Assembly (NCBI RefSeq): GCF_030013595.1
Contig: NZ_CP122768.1
DNA: 64,000 nucleotides
Origin: Escherichia coli
GTDB lineage: Bacteria; Pseudomonadota; Gammaproteobacteria; Enterobacterales; Enterobacteriaceae
Strand: one strand, 5' to 3'
The notes beneath the pieces are model-generated. The model ran no database searches. It was not told where the DNA came from and saw only the letters and a list, made by a program, of their open reading frames with translations. This document shows positions 10,563 to 24,079 of the stretch, piece by piece. A program made the position numbers and the translations under genes. The first letter of the stretch is position 1. Every line of letters starts with the position of its first letter.

Positions 10563-10989
10563 ACCGGACTCCTCCTGCGATCCCTTCTGATACTGTCATC
10601 AGCATTACGTCATCCTCCGTCATGTCCGCCACATCCGGGGAAACGGGGATAACTTCATTCACGTCCGGGCCAAAGCGGACGCCTCCGGCAAGCCCTGCCG
10701 CTTTCTGCATCAGCACATCATCTTCAGGCTCTTCGTCAGCCTCACGCCGGTTCAGCAGACTGAAATCCAGCGGATGCATATCCGGATCGCTGAAAAACAG
10801 GCTGAGCACGGTGTACGTCAGCCCGGAAAAGTGCATATCCAGCAGAACATCATGAAAATAATGGGTACTGTAAAAGCGGTGCCAGTCGGCATACTCCGTG
10901 GATGACATCCCGGCAAGCATGGCACGCCAGTCGGGTCGCCCCATCTCGCGCGCCAGTTTCAGGGCAAAGCTCAGCTCACCGTCGAACAC
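10555..10989 (-). CDS. T: Tail assembly chaperone T segment (expressed as a G-T fusion by -1 frameshift)
   Basis: The ORF VFDGELSFALKLAREMGRPDWRAML... begins at the slippery site and overlaps the G 3' end. Confidence 0.9.
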   Translation of the reverse strand: MFDGELSFALKLAREMGRPDWRAMLAGMSSTEYADWHRFYSTHYFHDVLLDMHFSGLTYTVLSLFFSDPDMHPLDFSLLNRREADEEPEDDVLMQKAAGLAGGVRFGPDVNEVIPVSPDVADMTEDDVMLMTVSEGIAGGVRYG

Positions 10990-11393
10990 TTTCCCGCAGA
11001 AACAGGCTCTGCAGGCCCGGCGTCCTCTGCCTGTTCAGGGGCATCATTCACCACAAACTCATACATACCGGACAGCCGGTACACCACGTTTTCAGCATGA
11101 GAAATTGCCTCTGTGGGCCAGGTGGTAAGCACTTCCTGCTCAATCTGTTTAACGGCTTCATTCATGGAAGGCTGCTTTGTCTTCTGCGGATGGTTATGCC
11201 ACAGGGACATAGCCACCACAAAAGCACCGGTTCTGATGGCGTCTTCCACAGTAAACTTCCGGTTGCTGTCTGACTCCGCCTGTTCTGCCTGCCGTTTCAT
11301 CAGGGCGAGATGCTCAATACGCTGCAGGGCTGACAGTTCAGAAAGCGTGACGGTCACGCCGTTATGTTCAAATGATTCGGTTTTCAGGAACAT
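10971..11393 (-). CDS. G: Tail assembly chaperone G
   Basis: 140 aa, MFLKTESFEHNGVTVTLSELSALQRIEHLALMKRQ..., lambda G. Confidence 0.95.
   Translation of the reverse strand: MFLKTESFEHNGVTVTLSELSALQRIEHLALMKRQAEQAESDSNRKFTVEDAIRTGAFVVAMSLWHNHPQKTKQPSMNEAVKQIEQEVLTTWPTEAISHAENVVYRLSGMYEFVVNDAPEQAEDAGPAEPVSAGKCSTVS
10989..10995 (-). other. Programmed -1 ribosomal frameshift heptamer G GGA AAG (G to G-T)
   Basis: The minus strand reads GCG GGA AAG TGT in the G frame. After slippage the frame reads VFDGELSF, which is the start of T. Confidence 0.85.
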
Positions 11394-11408
11394 CGCTGAC
11401 TCTCCGGA

Positions 11409-12149
11409 TTAACTGTCGGTGACAGTGATTTCTGCAACCGCAGCAAGTTCACCATTACCGGATACAACCGGAATGTTGACCTTACCTGCAGCAACGCCTT
11501 TCACGGTGATGGTCATACCACTGACCGACACGGTGGCTTTTGTTTTATCCGCAGACACCGCACGAAAGCTCTTGTCGGTTACGCCCTCCGGCTGGAAGGC
11601 CACGGTCAGCGTGGTGCTCTGCCCTTTCACCACCGAGGTGCTGGCAGGCGTCACGGTCATGCCGGTTGCCGCTGTTACCGTGCTGCGATCTTCTGCCATC
11701 GACGGACGTCCCACATTGGTGACTTTCACCGTGCGGGTGATCACTTCCTTCGCCGTCACCGCCTTACCGATACTGCTGACCCAGCCACGGAACACATCGA
11801 CCGTGCCGTTCGGGAAGCGGATTTTATAGGCACGGGTATCGCCTTCATTAAACCACGCCAGCAGCGCCTGCTGCCCCTGCTCTCCGGGCATCCACGCCAG
11901 CGTGAAGCTGGTATCTCCGGCAGATTTCTGCCCCTGCCCGGTCGCAGTCCAGTCTGCATCTTCATCATCGAGATAGCTGTCGTCATAGGACTCAGCGGTC
12001 AGTTCGCCGGGCGTCAGGTCTTTAACTTTTGCCAGACGCGACCAGTCAACGTCTGAAAGCGGATTCGCATAAGGGTCACCGCTCCCCTTATAAACCCACA
12101 GGGTGGTCCCGGCACCTTTCACCGGCATTACAGGATTTGGTACAGGCAT
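11409..12149 (-). CDS. V: Major tail tube protein V
   Basis: The start is refined to [31 protein letters not shown]... It has a C-terminal Ig-like domain, as in lambda V. Confidence 0.95.
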   Translation of the reverse strand: MPVPNPVMPVKGAGTTLWVYKGSGDPYANPLSDVDWSRLAKVKDLTPGELTAESYDDSYLDDEDADWTATGQGQKSAGDTSFTLAWMPGEQGQQALLAWFNEGDTRAYKIRFPNGTVDVFRGWVSSIGKAVTAKEVITRTVKVTNVGRPSMAEDRSTVTAATGMTVTPASTSVVKGQSTTLTVAFQPEGVTDKSFRAVSADKTKATVSVSGMTITVKGVAAGKVNIPVVSGNGELAAVAEITVTDS

Positions 12150-12156
12150 AGCGTCC

Positions 12157-12552
12157 TCACATTTCATAGGTAATGACATAAGTCAGATCGGCTGAACTCC
12201 ACAGGCCCGCATCATCGTCGCGCCGGTAGTCATAGCCGCTGGCCACCATACTGGTGATCAAATCTGACAGTGCCGGGATATCGCTCATCACCGGATAAAT
12301 CCGGGACTCCATCCACGCATCCAGCTCTGAATCCGGCACCTGAGCAGGCAGGAAAACTTCGATATGCAGCTCCGCCTGCCAGGTATCGCTGTCCAGCTCT
12401 TCGCCCGTGTATTCAGCGCCGGTGAGATAAACGGCAACTGCCGGAAAATCCGCCTCATCAAAAACAGCGGGGCGACCATCAAAAAACGTCGCCCCGGTGT
12501 CATGCTTCTCCAGTGCATCCAGTACGGCTGCACGGAGTTCAGTATGTTTCAT
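12157..12552 (-). CDS. U: Tail terminator protein U
   Basis: 131 aa, [33 protein letters not shown]... Confidence 0.95.
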   Translation of the reverse strand: MKHTELRAAVLDALEKHDTGATFFDGRPAVFDEADFPAVAVYLTGAEYTGEELDSDTWQAELHIEVFLPAQVPDSELDAWMESRIYPVMSDIPALSDLITSMVASGYDYRRDDDAGLWSSADLTYVITYEM

Positions 12553-13127
12553 CGCTTTATTACCATCCTCAGTTGATGCTGCAGCGCATAGCCCAGCTCT
12601 TTCGGAAGACGTTCACGCCGTATCCGCTCAATATTTTGTTTAAACGCCGTGGTCAGCGGCACCGCCATCGGGATTTTCACCACATCAATGGGGTAACGGT
12701 TTTTCCCGGCCACACGCTGCATGACATGCCACCGGCCATTTTTCAGTTGCTGAATAAACGCGCCGGGAATACGACGGTTTCCCACCACAAGCACGCTGCC
12801 GCCACCTTTCAGGGCTGAACGCTGCCCCTTTTTACGACGCCTGCGTCGGGACAGGACAATCCGCGCGTTACCCAGCTTTATTACGGGCAAATCCCCCCGG
12901 TTAACCTTGATTCTGGCCTGCGGATTTTTGACCGTGGCCCTTTTCAGCCTGGCCCTTTCCTTTACCAGTTTCCGGCGTACCTTTGTCTCACGGGCAACCT
13001 GTGACGCCGACTGCGATATCGCGGATGAAGCAACGCGGTTAATGGCCATTGCGGCGGCACCGGGCACCGCCGTTCTGCTGATACGGCTGAGGTTTTCAAC
13101 GGCCTGCTCAAGACCTTTTATGGCCAT
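12549..13127 (-). CDS. Z: Tail completion protein Z
   Basis: 192 aa, MAIKGLEQAVENLSRISRTAVPGAAAMAINRVASS... Confidence 0.95.
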   Translation of the reverse strand: MAIKGLEQAVENLSRISRTAVPGAAAMAINRVASSAISQSASQVARETKVRRKLVKERARLKRATVKNPQARIKVNRGDLPVIKLGNARIVLSRRRRRKKGQRSALKGGGSVLVVGNRRIPGAFIQQLKNGRWHVMQRVAGKNRYPIDVVKIPMAVPLTTAFKQNIERIRRERLPKELGYALQHQLRMVIKR

Positions 13128-13138
13128 ACATCCCCCTT

Positions 13139-13492
13139 TCAGCGGCGACGGTTAACGGCAGGCGGTACGCCCCGCCCAAGCCAGAGATGACAGCTTCCGC
13201 CATCATCCGGCGAAATCCGGTCCACCCAGAAGTTTTCCTCGCCGATGGTCAGTGTGTCTCCACGCCGCAGCTGCCGCACATCATCAGTCCGGACAAACAG
13301 GGACGGGCTGGAGCCTTCAACGCGCACCCCCTGTCCGGCATAGCTGATATTTTCAGGGTCATCAAAAACACCACGTATCACAGCACCGGACAGCTCACCG
13401 GATGTCATGGTGGCTGACGTTCCCATGTACCCGCGTATCGTTTCATCGGCGCGGGCAATGGCAGCATCGAACAGGTTATCGGAATCAGCCAC
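13139..13492 (-). CDS. FII: Head-tail joining protein FII
   Basis: 117 aa, MADSDNLFDAAIARADETIRGYMGTSATM... Confidence 0.95.
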   Translation of the reverse strand: MADSDNLFDAAIARADETIRGYMGTSATMTSGELSGAVIRGVFDDPENISYAGQGVRVEGSSPSLFVRTDDVRQLRRGDTLTIGEENFWVDRISPDDGGSCHLWLGRGVPPAVNRRR

Positions 13493-13503
13493 AGCGCCTC
13501 CCG

Positions 13504-13899
13504 TTATTGCATTCTGGCCAGGCCATGTTCTGTCATTTCGGCTGCCACACCGGCAGAGACACGAAACGCCGTTCCCGGCAGCACAAATGCCACAGGCTCA
13601 TCCCGCGTGGCGTGAAGTGCATCAGTATGCAGCGTCACCAGTGCCACGACCGTGACCAGAGCAGCCGTATCAATCACGGTATCCGGCTGCGCTGATACCA
13701 CCTCATTTTCATGCCCGGTCAGCGCATTTTCCGGGCTGACAGATGTGTCCTGACCGGCAGCGTCATCCGTGTCATCAAGCTCCTCTTCCAGCTCTGCCAC
13801 ACGGAGTGCCAGTTCTTCTTTCGTCCCCGTCAGGCTGACATCACGGTTCAGTTGCTCACCCAGCACCTGAAGACGGGCAATCAGTTCATCTTTCGTCAT
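13504..13899 (-). CDS. FI: DNA packaging accessory protein FI
   Basis: The start is refined to MTKDELIARLQVLGEQLNRDVSLTGTKEELALRVAELEEEL... Confidence 0.9.
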   Translation of the reverse strand: MTKDELIARLQVLGEQLNRDVSLTGTKEELALRVAELEEELDDTDDAAGQDTSVSPENALTGHENEVVSAQPDTVIDTAALVTVVALVTLHTDALHATRDEPVAFVLPGTAFRVSAGVAAEMTEHGLARMQ

Positions 13900-13940
13900 G
13901 GACTCCTCCACAGAGAGAAAATGGCCCCGAAGGGCCATGA

Positions 13941-14966
13941 TTACGCCAGTTGTACGGACACGAACGCATCAGGGTCAGCCAGCAGCATCAGCGGTGCTGA
14001 CTGAATCATGGTGAACTCACGCGCCGGATCGCCGGTGGTCACCCAGTTTTTCGGGTAGCGGGCAGAGGCGTTAATACCTTCGCGCTGTGCGTCCGCATCC
14101 TGAATGCAGCCATAGGTGCGCAGACCGCGTGCCTGAGTGTTCCCCAGCACCATCGTGTTGTCCGGAAGGAAGTTCTTTTTGACGTCGTTTTCCACATACT
14201 GTCCGGAATACACGACGATCGCCGTATCGCCATACATCCCCTTATAGGACACCGCTTCGCCCAGGTCTTTTACCGCTGTCTCCAGCTCGGAATTAGAGCC
14301 GCGACGGGTATCCAGCTTCTCCCTGACGGCTTTGAAGGAACGGAACAGCGCCCAGCCTTTCGGATCAAACACGATGATATTCACCACACCGCTGGCGTTC
14401 AGCGCGTAGGCTTCGATATCGTCGGTCGGGTCATACGTGGACTTGTCACGCTTGCTCCACTCCGTACCGCCGGACTGCGTGATGTTGTTCGCCACACTGC
14501 GGCCCATATCCACTTCAACCGGATCGAAGGCTTCACCGGTCATGGTGTATTTGCCCTTAAGCACGGCAGAAACTGCCTGCATCTCTTCGACCTGAGCAAT
14601 GGCCAGCTCTTCGTCTCGCATGTTCTGCAGGATGATGCGACGGCGGCGGTAAGCCGGGTCCGCCAGATTCTGTGGATCTTCATCCGGCAGGCGACGCAGG
14701 GTCATCTGCGGATTCACCTCATGCTTGGGTTTGACATATCCCGGTGTAAATTCAGAGGTGGAGCCGCCACGGGAGCGGATAACCTCACCGGAAACAATCG
14801 GCGAAACGTACAGCGCCATGTTTACCAGTCCCGGAATTTGTGAGAGATAGACTTTCTCCGTGGTGAAGGGATAGCTCTCACGGAAAAAGAGACGCAGAAA
14901 CAGCGGATCAAACTTAAATTTCTTCTCATTTGCCGCCAGCAGCTGGGCGGTTGTGTACATCGACAT
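13941..14966 (-). CDS. E: Major capsid protein E
   Basis: The start is refined to MSMYTTAQLLAANEKKFKFDPLFLRLFFRESYPF... (341 aa). Confidence 0.95.
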   Translation of the reverse strand: MSMYTTAQLLAANEKKFKFDPLFLRLFFRESYPFTTEKVYLSQIPGLVNMALYVSPIVSGEVIRSRGGSTSEFTPGYVKPKHEVNPQMTLRRLPDEDPQNLADPAYRRRRIILQNMRDEELAIAQVEEMQAVSAVLKGKYTMTGEAFDPVEVDMGRSVANNITQSGGTEWSKRDKSTYDPTDDIEAYALNASGVVNIIVFDPKGWALFRSFKAVREKLDTRRGSNSELETAVKDLGEAVSYKGMYGDTAIVVYSGQYVENDVKKNFLPDNTMVLGNTQARGLRTYGCIQDADAQREGINASARYPKNWVTTGDPAREFTMIQSAPLMLLADPDAFVSVQLA

Positions 14967-15021
14967 AAAAAAATCCCGTAAAAAAAGCCGCACAGGCGGC
15001 CTTTAGTGATGAAGGGTAAGG

Positions 15022-15354
15022 TTAAACGATGCTGATTGCCGTTCCGGCAAACGCGGTCCGTTTTTTCGTCTCGTCGCTGGCAGCCTCCGGCCAGAGCACA
15101 TCCTCATAACGGAACGTGCCGGACTTGTAGTACGTCAGCGTGGTGCTGGTCTGGTCAGCATCAACCGCCAGAATGCCAACGGCAGCACCGTCGGTGGTGC
15201 CATCCCACGCAACCAGCTTACGGGTGGAGGTATCCAGCATCAGCGGGGTCATTGCAGGCGCTTTCGCACTCAATCCGCCGGGCGCGGTTGCCGTATGTGC
15301 CGGGTCACTGTTGCCCAGCGGCTGGTAATGGGTAAAGGTTTCTTTGCTCGTCAT
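15022..15354 (-). CDS. D: Capsid decoration protein D
   Basis: The start is refined to [41 protein letters not shown]... Confidence 0.95.
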   Translation of the reverse strand: MTSKETFTHYQPLGNSDPAHTATAPGGLSAKAPAMTPLMLDTSTRKLVAWDGTTDGAAVGILAVDADQTSTTLTYYKSGTFRYEDVLWPEAASDETKKRTAFAGTAISIV

Positions 15355-15363
15355 AAACATCCC

Positions 15364-16663
15364 TTACACTGGTGTGTTCAGCAAATCGTTAACGGCATCA
15401 GATGCCGGGTTACCTGCAGCCAGCGGTGCCGGTGCCCCCTGCATCAGACGATCCAGCGCAGTGTCACTGCGCGCCTGTGCACTCTGTGGTGCAGCTGCCA
15501 GAATGCGGCGGGCCGTTTCCACGGTCATACCGGGGGTTTCGGCCAGCACGCGTGCCTGTTCTTCACGTCCGTGAGCCTCCTCACAGTTGAGGATCCCCAT
15601 AATGCGACTGTTTTCTGCCGCAACCGCTGCGGTGATCTGCGCGTTTACGTCCGGCTGCGCCGCGCTGGCGTTCTCGCCCTCCGTCGCTTGCACCACGCCA
15701 GTAACGTCAGCCTGCGAAGCAGTGGCTGAAACAGTTGTTGATTGAGTCTCTTTGGTCATTCGCCCTCCTGAGAGACGGGATTTACGTGCATCCAGTGCAT
15801 CACGCATGACGGTGATCGCATCGGTACTGTTAACAAGTTCATCAGCCAGTCCGGCATCAATGGCCTCCTGACCGCTGTACACTGCAGCCTCGGTATCCAG
15901 CACAGCCTGCACAGACAGGCCGGTATATGCCGACACCTTCTGTGCAAACATCCGGCGGGTTGCATCCATCCGGGACTGCAGTGTTTCCCGGACATCATCC
16001 GGTAGATGGCTGTAGGGGTTGCCATCCACCTTATGGCTGCCGCTGTAAATCAGCGTGATTTCCACGCCCTGTTTCTCCAGCGCAGCGCCGTAATTACTGT
16101 GAGCCATCATGACGCCGATGGAGCCTGTCCGGGCGGTCTGCGTGACCAGACGCCGGGAGGCGGCACTGGCAAGCAGCTGACCTGCGCTGCAGTTCATGTC
16201 ATTGGCCAGCGCCCATACCGGCTTTATGTCACGCACACGGGCGATGATGTCAGCGCAGTCAAATGCCCCCGCCACCATTCCGCCTGGCGTATCCATATCG
16301 AGCAGAATGCCGTCCACCATCGGGTCACTGGCAGCCTGTTGCAGACGGGCGATAATGCCGTTGTAACCGGTCATTCCCGAATACGGCTGCAGCGCCCGCG
16401 TCCGACTGACCAGCGTACCGGACACCGGCAGCACGGCGATGCCGTTCATGACCTGATAACTGCGGGCCTGTCGTGGTCCGTCATCATCACCGGATAACGC
16501 CAGCGCCGCGGGTGCCTCTCCGGCAGTCAGGCTGTCGCCGGATACTGCATCCGTCAGGCGGCTGATCCCAAGCTGGCCTGCAAGCGCACAAAAGAAAACC
16601 CGCGCATAGGCGGGTTCAAGCATCAGCGGCTCATTAAAAGCCATGCTGGCAATATGCGGGAGA

Positions 16664-16683
<20 letters not shown>
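15364..16683 (-). CDS. C: Head maturation protease C (ClpP/SppA-type), with scaffold Nu3 nested in-frame in its 3' part
   Basis: A GTG start at 16683 gives (M)TAELRNLPHIASMAFNEPLMLEPAYARVFF... The C-terminal portion corresponds to lambda Nu3. Confidence 0.9.
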
Positions 16684-20364
<3,681 letters not shown>

Positions 20365-20390
<26 letters not shown>

Positions 20391-20910
20391 TCAGCAACCC
20401 CGGTATCAGTTCATCCAGCGCGGCTGCTTTGTTCATGGCTTTGATGATATCCCGTTTCAGGAAATCAACATGTCGGTTTTCCAGTTCCGGAAAACGCCGC
20501 TGCACCGACAGGGGGATCCCGTCGAGAATACTGGCAATTTCACCTGCGATCCGCGACAGCACGAAAGTACAGAATGCGGTTTCCACCACTTCAGCGGAGT
20601 CTCTGGCATTCTTCAGTTCCTGTGCGTCGGCCTGCGCACGCGTAAGTCGATGGCGTTCGTACTCAATAGTCCCTGGCTGGAGATCTGCCTCGCTGGCCGC
20701 CCTGTAATCCTCAACCTCTTTACGGAGTTTTTCATTTTCGATATCAGCTTCCCTCTGCGCATACCACTGAATTGCCATGGCGGTATCAAATACAGATTCA
20801 ACGCCCTTACCACCTCCGGAGACGCAAGGGAGTCCCTGAGACTGCCAGCGTTCAATCGTTCGCGGATCCACGTTGAAAATTTCGGCAAGTTTCTTTTTAT
20901 TAACCTTCAT
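20365..20910 (-). CDS. Nu1: Terminase small subunit Nu1
   Basis: 181 aa, [29 protein letters not shown]... (winged HTH). Confidence 0.95.
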
Positions 20911-21110
20911 GAAACAGTCTCACAATAAATACAGGGTCCGACATGAAAGTGCCCGAAAATGACTTTTTTATGCGTTTTCATGTCGGACCTTTTACGGATT
21001 CGATATTAGAAAAAACAAATAGTTATGTTCGAGAAGTACCGACATGATTTTCCCCGGAAAATTTTCATAAATAGCGAAAACCCGCGAGGTCGCCGCCCCG
21101 TAACCTGTTG
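20911..21110 (-). other. cos region: cosB (three (T/A)CCGACATGA R-type repeats) and cosN
   Basis: The R-like repeats are near 20934, 20975 (inverted) and 21037, upstream of Nu1, as in lambda cosB. Confidence 0.85.
21087..21098 (-). other. cosN 12-nt cohesive end sequence GGGCGGCGACCT
   Basis: The plus strand reads aggtcgccgccc, which is the reverse complement of the lambda cohesive end. Confidence 0.9.
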
Positions 21111-21252
21111 GATCGACGGAAAGGACCCGTAAATGAGATGCTTTGTTGTTTTCTTGTTGGCTGTTCAACTACATGCAAGCATATGGCATAATATTTAATT
21201 GATAATCTAATAGTTATAAAAACTTGCCCCAAAACCTTAACGGAGACTAAGA

Positions 21253-21945
21253 ATGTCCAGAGAAGGAACGTTAGATTTATTGCAAGAAGTTGAAGAAACC
21301 GTTGAAATATTAAAAGATACGCAACAAATAAAACCAGTAAAGGTTAAATCAATACTTGAAAATTTAAGAAGCGCATTAGAATACGTTGCGAATGATAGTT
21401 ATGAAAAACATACCACTAACCAATCAACCCCTCGGCCAAAAATTTATTTCCCATACGGCGAGAAAAAATTTTTAGATGCTTTCTTTATTAAAAAATTAAA
21501 CTGCCAGCAACCTGAATTATCTCCATTATATGCAGTTTTTGTTTCAATCCAAGACTATCAAACTGGTAATAACTGGCTTGGAATGATGTGTAACCTCACG
21601 AACGAAGCAAAACATAGGCAACCAATCCCATTGAGTGAAGATAGTATTGTTCGAGGAATAGATGTTAATATCAATGGGTTTGGATTAATTAAGGCAGATG
21701 CTACATCAAAAATCATTTTCAGAGATAATTTCACCAATGGACAGAGAATTGAAGACTTCACCATTGAAAATGGTAAAGTTGAAAAATCAGGGAACGGAAT
21801 ACCCATCAATATTAACATGACCGAAGAGAAAAAAATAAGATTCCACGGTACAGATTATGAGGTTATTCCTTTTGTAGAGTTATGTCTAAAAGAAATAAGA
21901 GATTTTGTTAATGAAGCATATGAAATTTTAGATGCCATTGAATAA
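21253..21945 (+). CDS. Hypothetical 230-aa protein, AT-rich moron in the bor position, antisense to the late operon
   Basis: The long ORF lies in a markedly AT-rich segment. A GGAG is 7 nt upstream of the ATG. An upstream TTCAAC-17-CATAAT promoter-like element lies at about 21163-21191. I recognise no family. Confidence 0.7.
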   Translation: MSREGTLDLLQEVEETVEILKDTQQIKPVKVKSILENLRSALEYVANDSYEKHTTNQSTPRPKIYFPYGEKKFLDAFFIKKLNCQQPELSPLYAVFVSIQDYQTGNNWLGMMCNLTNEAKHRQPIPLSEDSIVRGIDVNINGFGLIKADATSKIIFRDNFTNGQRIEDFTIENGKVEKSGNGIPININMTEEKKIRFHGTDYEVIPFVELCLKEIRDFVNEAYEILDAIE

Positions 21946-22040
21946 TAATGATTAAGTAACATGGCAGGTAATCTATTTAAACCGGCCATGTTACAAATCA
22001 TTGACGTAGAGAAAAAATGTAAAGTATATCCTTTATATAC

Positions 22041-22562
22041 TCAATTGTAATTTGATGTCCTCACCGACTCATAAACGCGCTCACACGTCATTCCAGCCCG
22101 GTAGCTTTCGTCAGATCGCTCAGCATAATATCGAGCTTCTTCTGCAAGGCGGCCGAGCATGTCGGCGAGCACTGCGGCGTCGGCTCCGGCTGTTTTGCTT
22201 CTGACGGCAGCGGCAAGATCTGCGGTGTGCTTTGCGGCGTCCAGGCGGGCGGCAAGCTTTGTTGCTTCGGTGCGCAGCTGGTTAACAGTGGCAGACAGGC
22301 CAGCAGCAGTGGCAGCAGATTTAGCTGCTTGTGCTTGTGCATCTTTTACAGCCTCATCACGGGCAATTATGCGCCCTTGTTCAATCATGCGGGCTGCGGT
22401 CTGCGCGTTCGCTGTTTGCGATGATTCCGCGCTGTCACGTTCCGCCCACTTTTTTTCCCAACCGCGGCTACACCATATATTTCCAGCGATAAACGCACTG
22501 GTCACTAGTACCGCGGCAACAATAAGCTGGGAGCACAGGCTCACTGGTCTATCCCCCAGCAC
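22041..22562 (-). CDS. Rz: i-spanin Rz
   Basis: It has an N-terminal TMD ([18 protein letters not shown]) and an Ala/Gln-rich coiled coil. It overlaps the endolysin stop. Confidence 0.85.
   Translation of the reverse strand: MLGDRPVSLCSQLIVAAVLVTSAFIAGNIWCSRGWEKKWAERDSAESSQTANAQTAARMIEQGRIIARDEAVKDAQAQAAKSAATAAGLSATVNQLRTEATKLAARLDAAKHTADLAAAVRSKTAGADAAVLADMLGRLAEEARYYAERSDESYRAGMTCERVYESVRTSNYN
22088..22342 (-). CDS. Rz1: o-spanin Rz1 (lipoprotein embedded in the +1 frame of Rz)
   Basis: It has the lipobox LPLLTSC and a Pro-rich mature part, and lies entirely within Rz. The true start may be internal. Confidence 0.75.
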   Translation of the reverse strand: MHKHKQLNLLPLLLACLPLLTSCAPKQQSLPPAWTPQSTPQILPLPSEAKQPEPTPQCSPTCSAALQKKLDIMLSDLTKATGLE

Positions 22563-23074
22563 GTCAACGCGCTTTCCTGATCACGGCGAATAACCTGACC
22601 GTAACAGTTATTTGAACGAATGCGGCAATCACGCCCCCTGTCCTTAATCCACCAGCGAATCGCCTCGCATGCACCTTTACGATCACCAGCATTCAGCCGC
22701 TTATAAAACGTCGACGGAAAACACTTACCGGGGCCAATGTTATAGGGACAAAATGACGCGATACCCGCTTTCTGCGGTTCGGTCAGTGGTACTTTAATAT
22801 TGCGCTCCACCCATGCCAGCGCCTTATCACGTTCAATGGCGTTCACACGGTTGCATTTTTCCCTAGACAACTTCATGCCGGGAACAACAGGCTTACCGTC
22901 CACCAGAATGGCACCACGGCAGATGGTCCAGATACCAGTACCATCACGGTATGCCGTGGTGTGGTTACCTTCTTTTTCGTCCAGAAACTGGTCGAGAATA
23001 TCAGGCGCAGGCGCACCGACGGCAATCAGTGCCAGAACGGCAGCTGACAGGCCGTATTTGATTTTTGCATTCAT
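22541..23074 (-). CDS. R: SAR (signal-anchor-release) endolysin, T4-lysozyme fold
   Basis: 177 aa with a weakly hydrophobic Gly/Ala-rich N-terminus, [17 protein letters not shown]. The motif [16 protein letters not shown] fits the E-D-T triad spacing. It is paired with a pinholin. Confidence 0.85.
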   Translation of the reverse strand: MNAKIKYGLSAAVLALIAVGAPAPDILDQFLDEKEGNHTTAYRDGTGIWTICRGAILVDGKPVVPGMKLSREKCNRVNAIERDKALAWVERNIKVPLTEPQKAGIASFCPYNIGPGKCFPSTFYKRLNAGDRKGACEAIRWWIKDRGRDCRIRSNNCYGQVIRRDQESALTCWGIDQ

Positions 23075-23201
23075 GGATATTTATCAGGATTTATCAGTTT
23101 CTAATCTATAGATATGTTAAGCACTCAGCCCGTCAGTGGTGGATACTGGCGTATGTAATAAAGGGGGGATGGCTGATTACCTCTGATAAGGGAATGTAAC
23201 T

Positions 23202-23498
23202 ATGAACGGTATAGATCCATTCAAACCAATCAGTAAGCAACTTGATGTGGTATTACCACAACTGATAAAACACGACGACCTTCTGGATAAAGTGTTGCCT
23301 TTTTATATTGCTGTTACCGCAAAATTATCAGGTAAAACTCGAGAAGAGGTTCTCAAATATAACATGCTGGCTTTAGAAACAATTTTTGGCTCAGAAAAAG
23401 CGGGAAAATCACCCAAAGAGCTGGCAGAATCTCAATTTGCTTATATGACAAATATAAGAGTATCCGAAATCTTTGATAAGCTACCAGACATTGAATAA
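23202..23498 (+). CDS. Hypothetical 98-aa protein (between endolysin and holin, opposite strand)
   Basis: AAGGGA lies 8 nt upstream of the ATG. The sequence is AT-rich and looks helical. A hairpin plus T-tract starts 6 nt after the stop. Confidence 0.55.
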   Translation: MNGIDPFKPISKQLDVVLPQLIKHDDLLDKVLPFYIAVTAKLSGKTREEVLKYNMLALETIFGSEKAGKSPKELAESQFAYMTNIRVSEIFDKLPDIE

Positions 23499-23503
23499 TT
23501 TCT

Positions 23504-23523
23504 AAGCGGCAGTAATGCCGCTT
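23504..23523. terminator. Hairpin shared by the convergent orf98 and orf72
   Basis: AAGCGGC-agtaat-GCCGCTT is followed on the plus strand by tatatttttt. Confidence 0.6.
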
Positions 23524-23741
23524 TATATTTTTTCAGCCAAATTTTTCAAGAACTGTTTGGCATGTTTTACCGCAGTAACTTCATAATAATCCAAGCCAGC
23601 TCCTTCAAGTCGCTCAAGGGTGATGTTCAGATCAAAAATTTCACCGGCAAAATGTTCTTTGTCCTGTAACGTTAAGATTACCGTAACTTTATTCTCAAAA
23701 TTGCGGATCCCTTTCACAATCAGTTCATAGTTTTGAGTCAT
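23523..23741 (-). CDS. Hypothetical 72-aa protein immediately downstream of the holin
   Basis: The ATG is 4 nt after the holin stop and is preceded by GGGGAGAG, the SD position normally used by the endolysin gene. MTQNYELIVKGIRNFENKVTVILTLQDKEHF... Confidence 0.6.
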   Translation of the reverse strand: MTQNYELIVKGIRNFENKVTVILTLQDKEHFAGEIFDLNITLERLEGAGLDYYEVTAVKHAKQFLKNLAEKI

Positions 23742-23745
23742 TGAA

Positions 23746-23961
23746 TTACTCTCCCCGTGCAGCCTTTCGTCTGTCTTCTCTGATTTTGAAATACAGATTT
23801 GTCAGATAAGTCAAAAAGCCCAGAACTAGACTTCCCAGCACACCAATTGCAGCCCACTGTGACGGACTGACCTGATCCAACCACTGCAAAAACCAGTATC
23901 CCGCACTACCAGCGGATGTTCCGTAGGCAATGCCAGTTGAGATTTTGTCCATTGATTTCAT
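23746..23961 (-). CDS. S: Phage-21-type pinholin S (dual-start S71/S68)
   Basis: [71 protein letters not shown] matches S21 as I recall it. It has Met1/Met4 dual starts and a GGAGG SD. Confidence 0.9.
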   Translation of the reverse strand: MKSMDKISTGIAYGTSAGSAGYWFLQWLDQVSPSQWAAIGVLGSLVLGFLTYLTNLYFKIREDRRKAARGE

Positions 23962-24079
23962 AGCAACGCCTCCGCCAGTAACGGATTGCGTAGTTCTTAT
24001 ATTGGGAAGGGAGAAAAAGAAGACCGCAGCATAACTATCACTGATGAATTCAGGATAGCCAGTGGCTACGGCTCAGTTA

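Noticed and set aside
23079-23097. Tandem ATTTATCAG-G-ATTTATCAG repeat upstream of the endolysin, considered as a separate regulatory site
   Set aside because: It is kept only as part of the S-R insertion finding. Two 9-bp copies are too little evidence for a protein-binding site and may be an insertion scar.
24001-24079. Possible third tRNA (the minus strand ends ...CTCCCTTCCCA)
   Set aside because: I could not fold a cloverleaf. There is no T-loop GTTCRA motif and no acceptor-stem complementarity.
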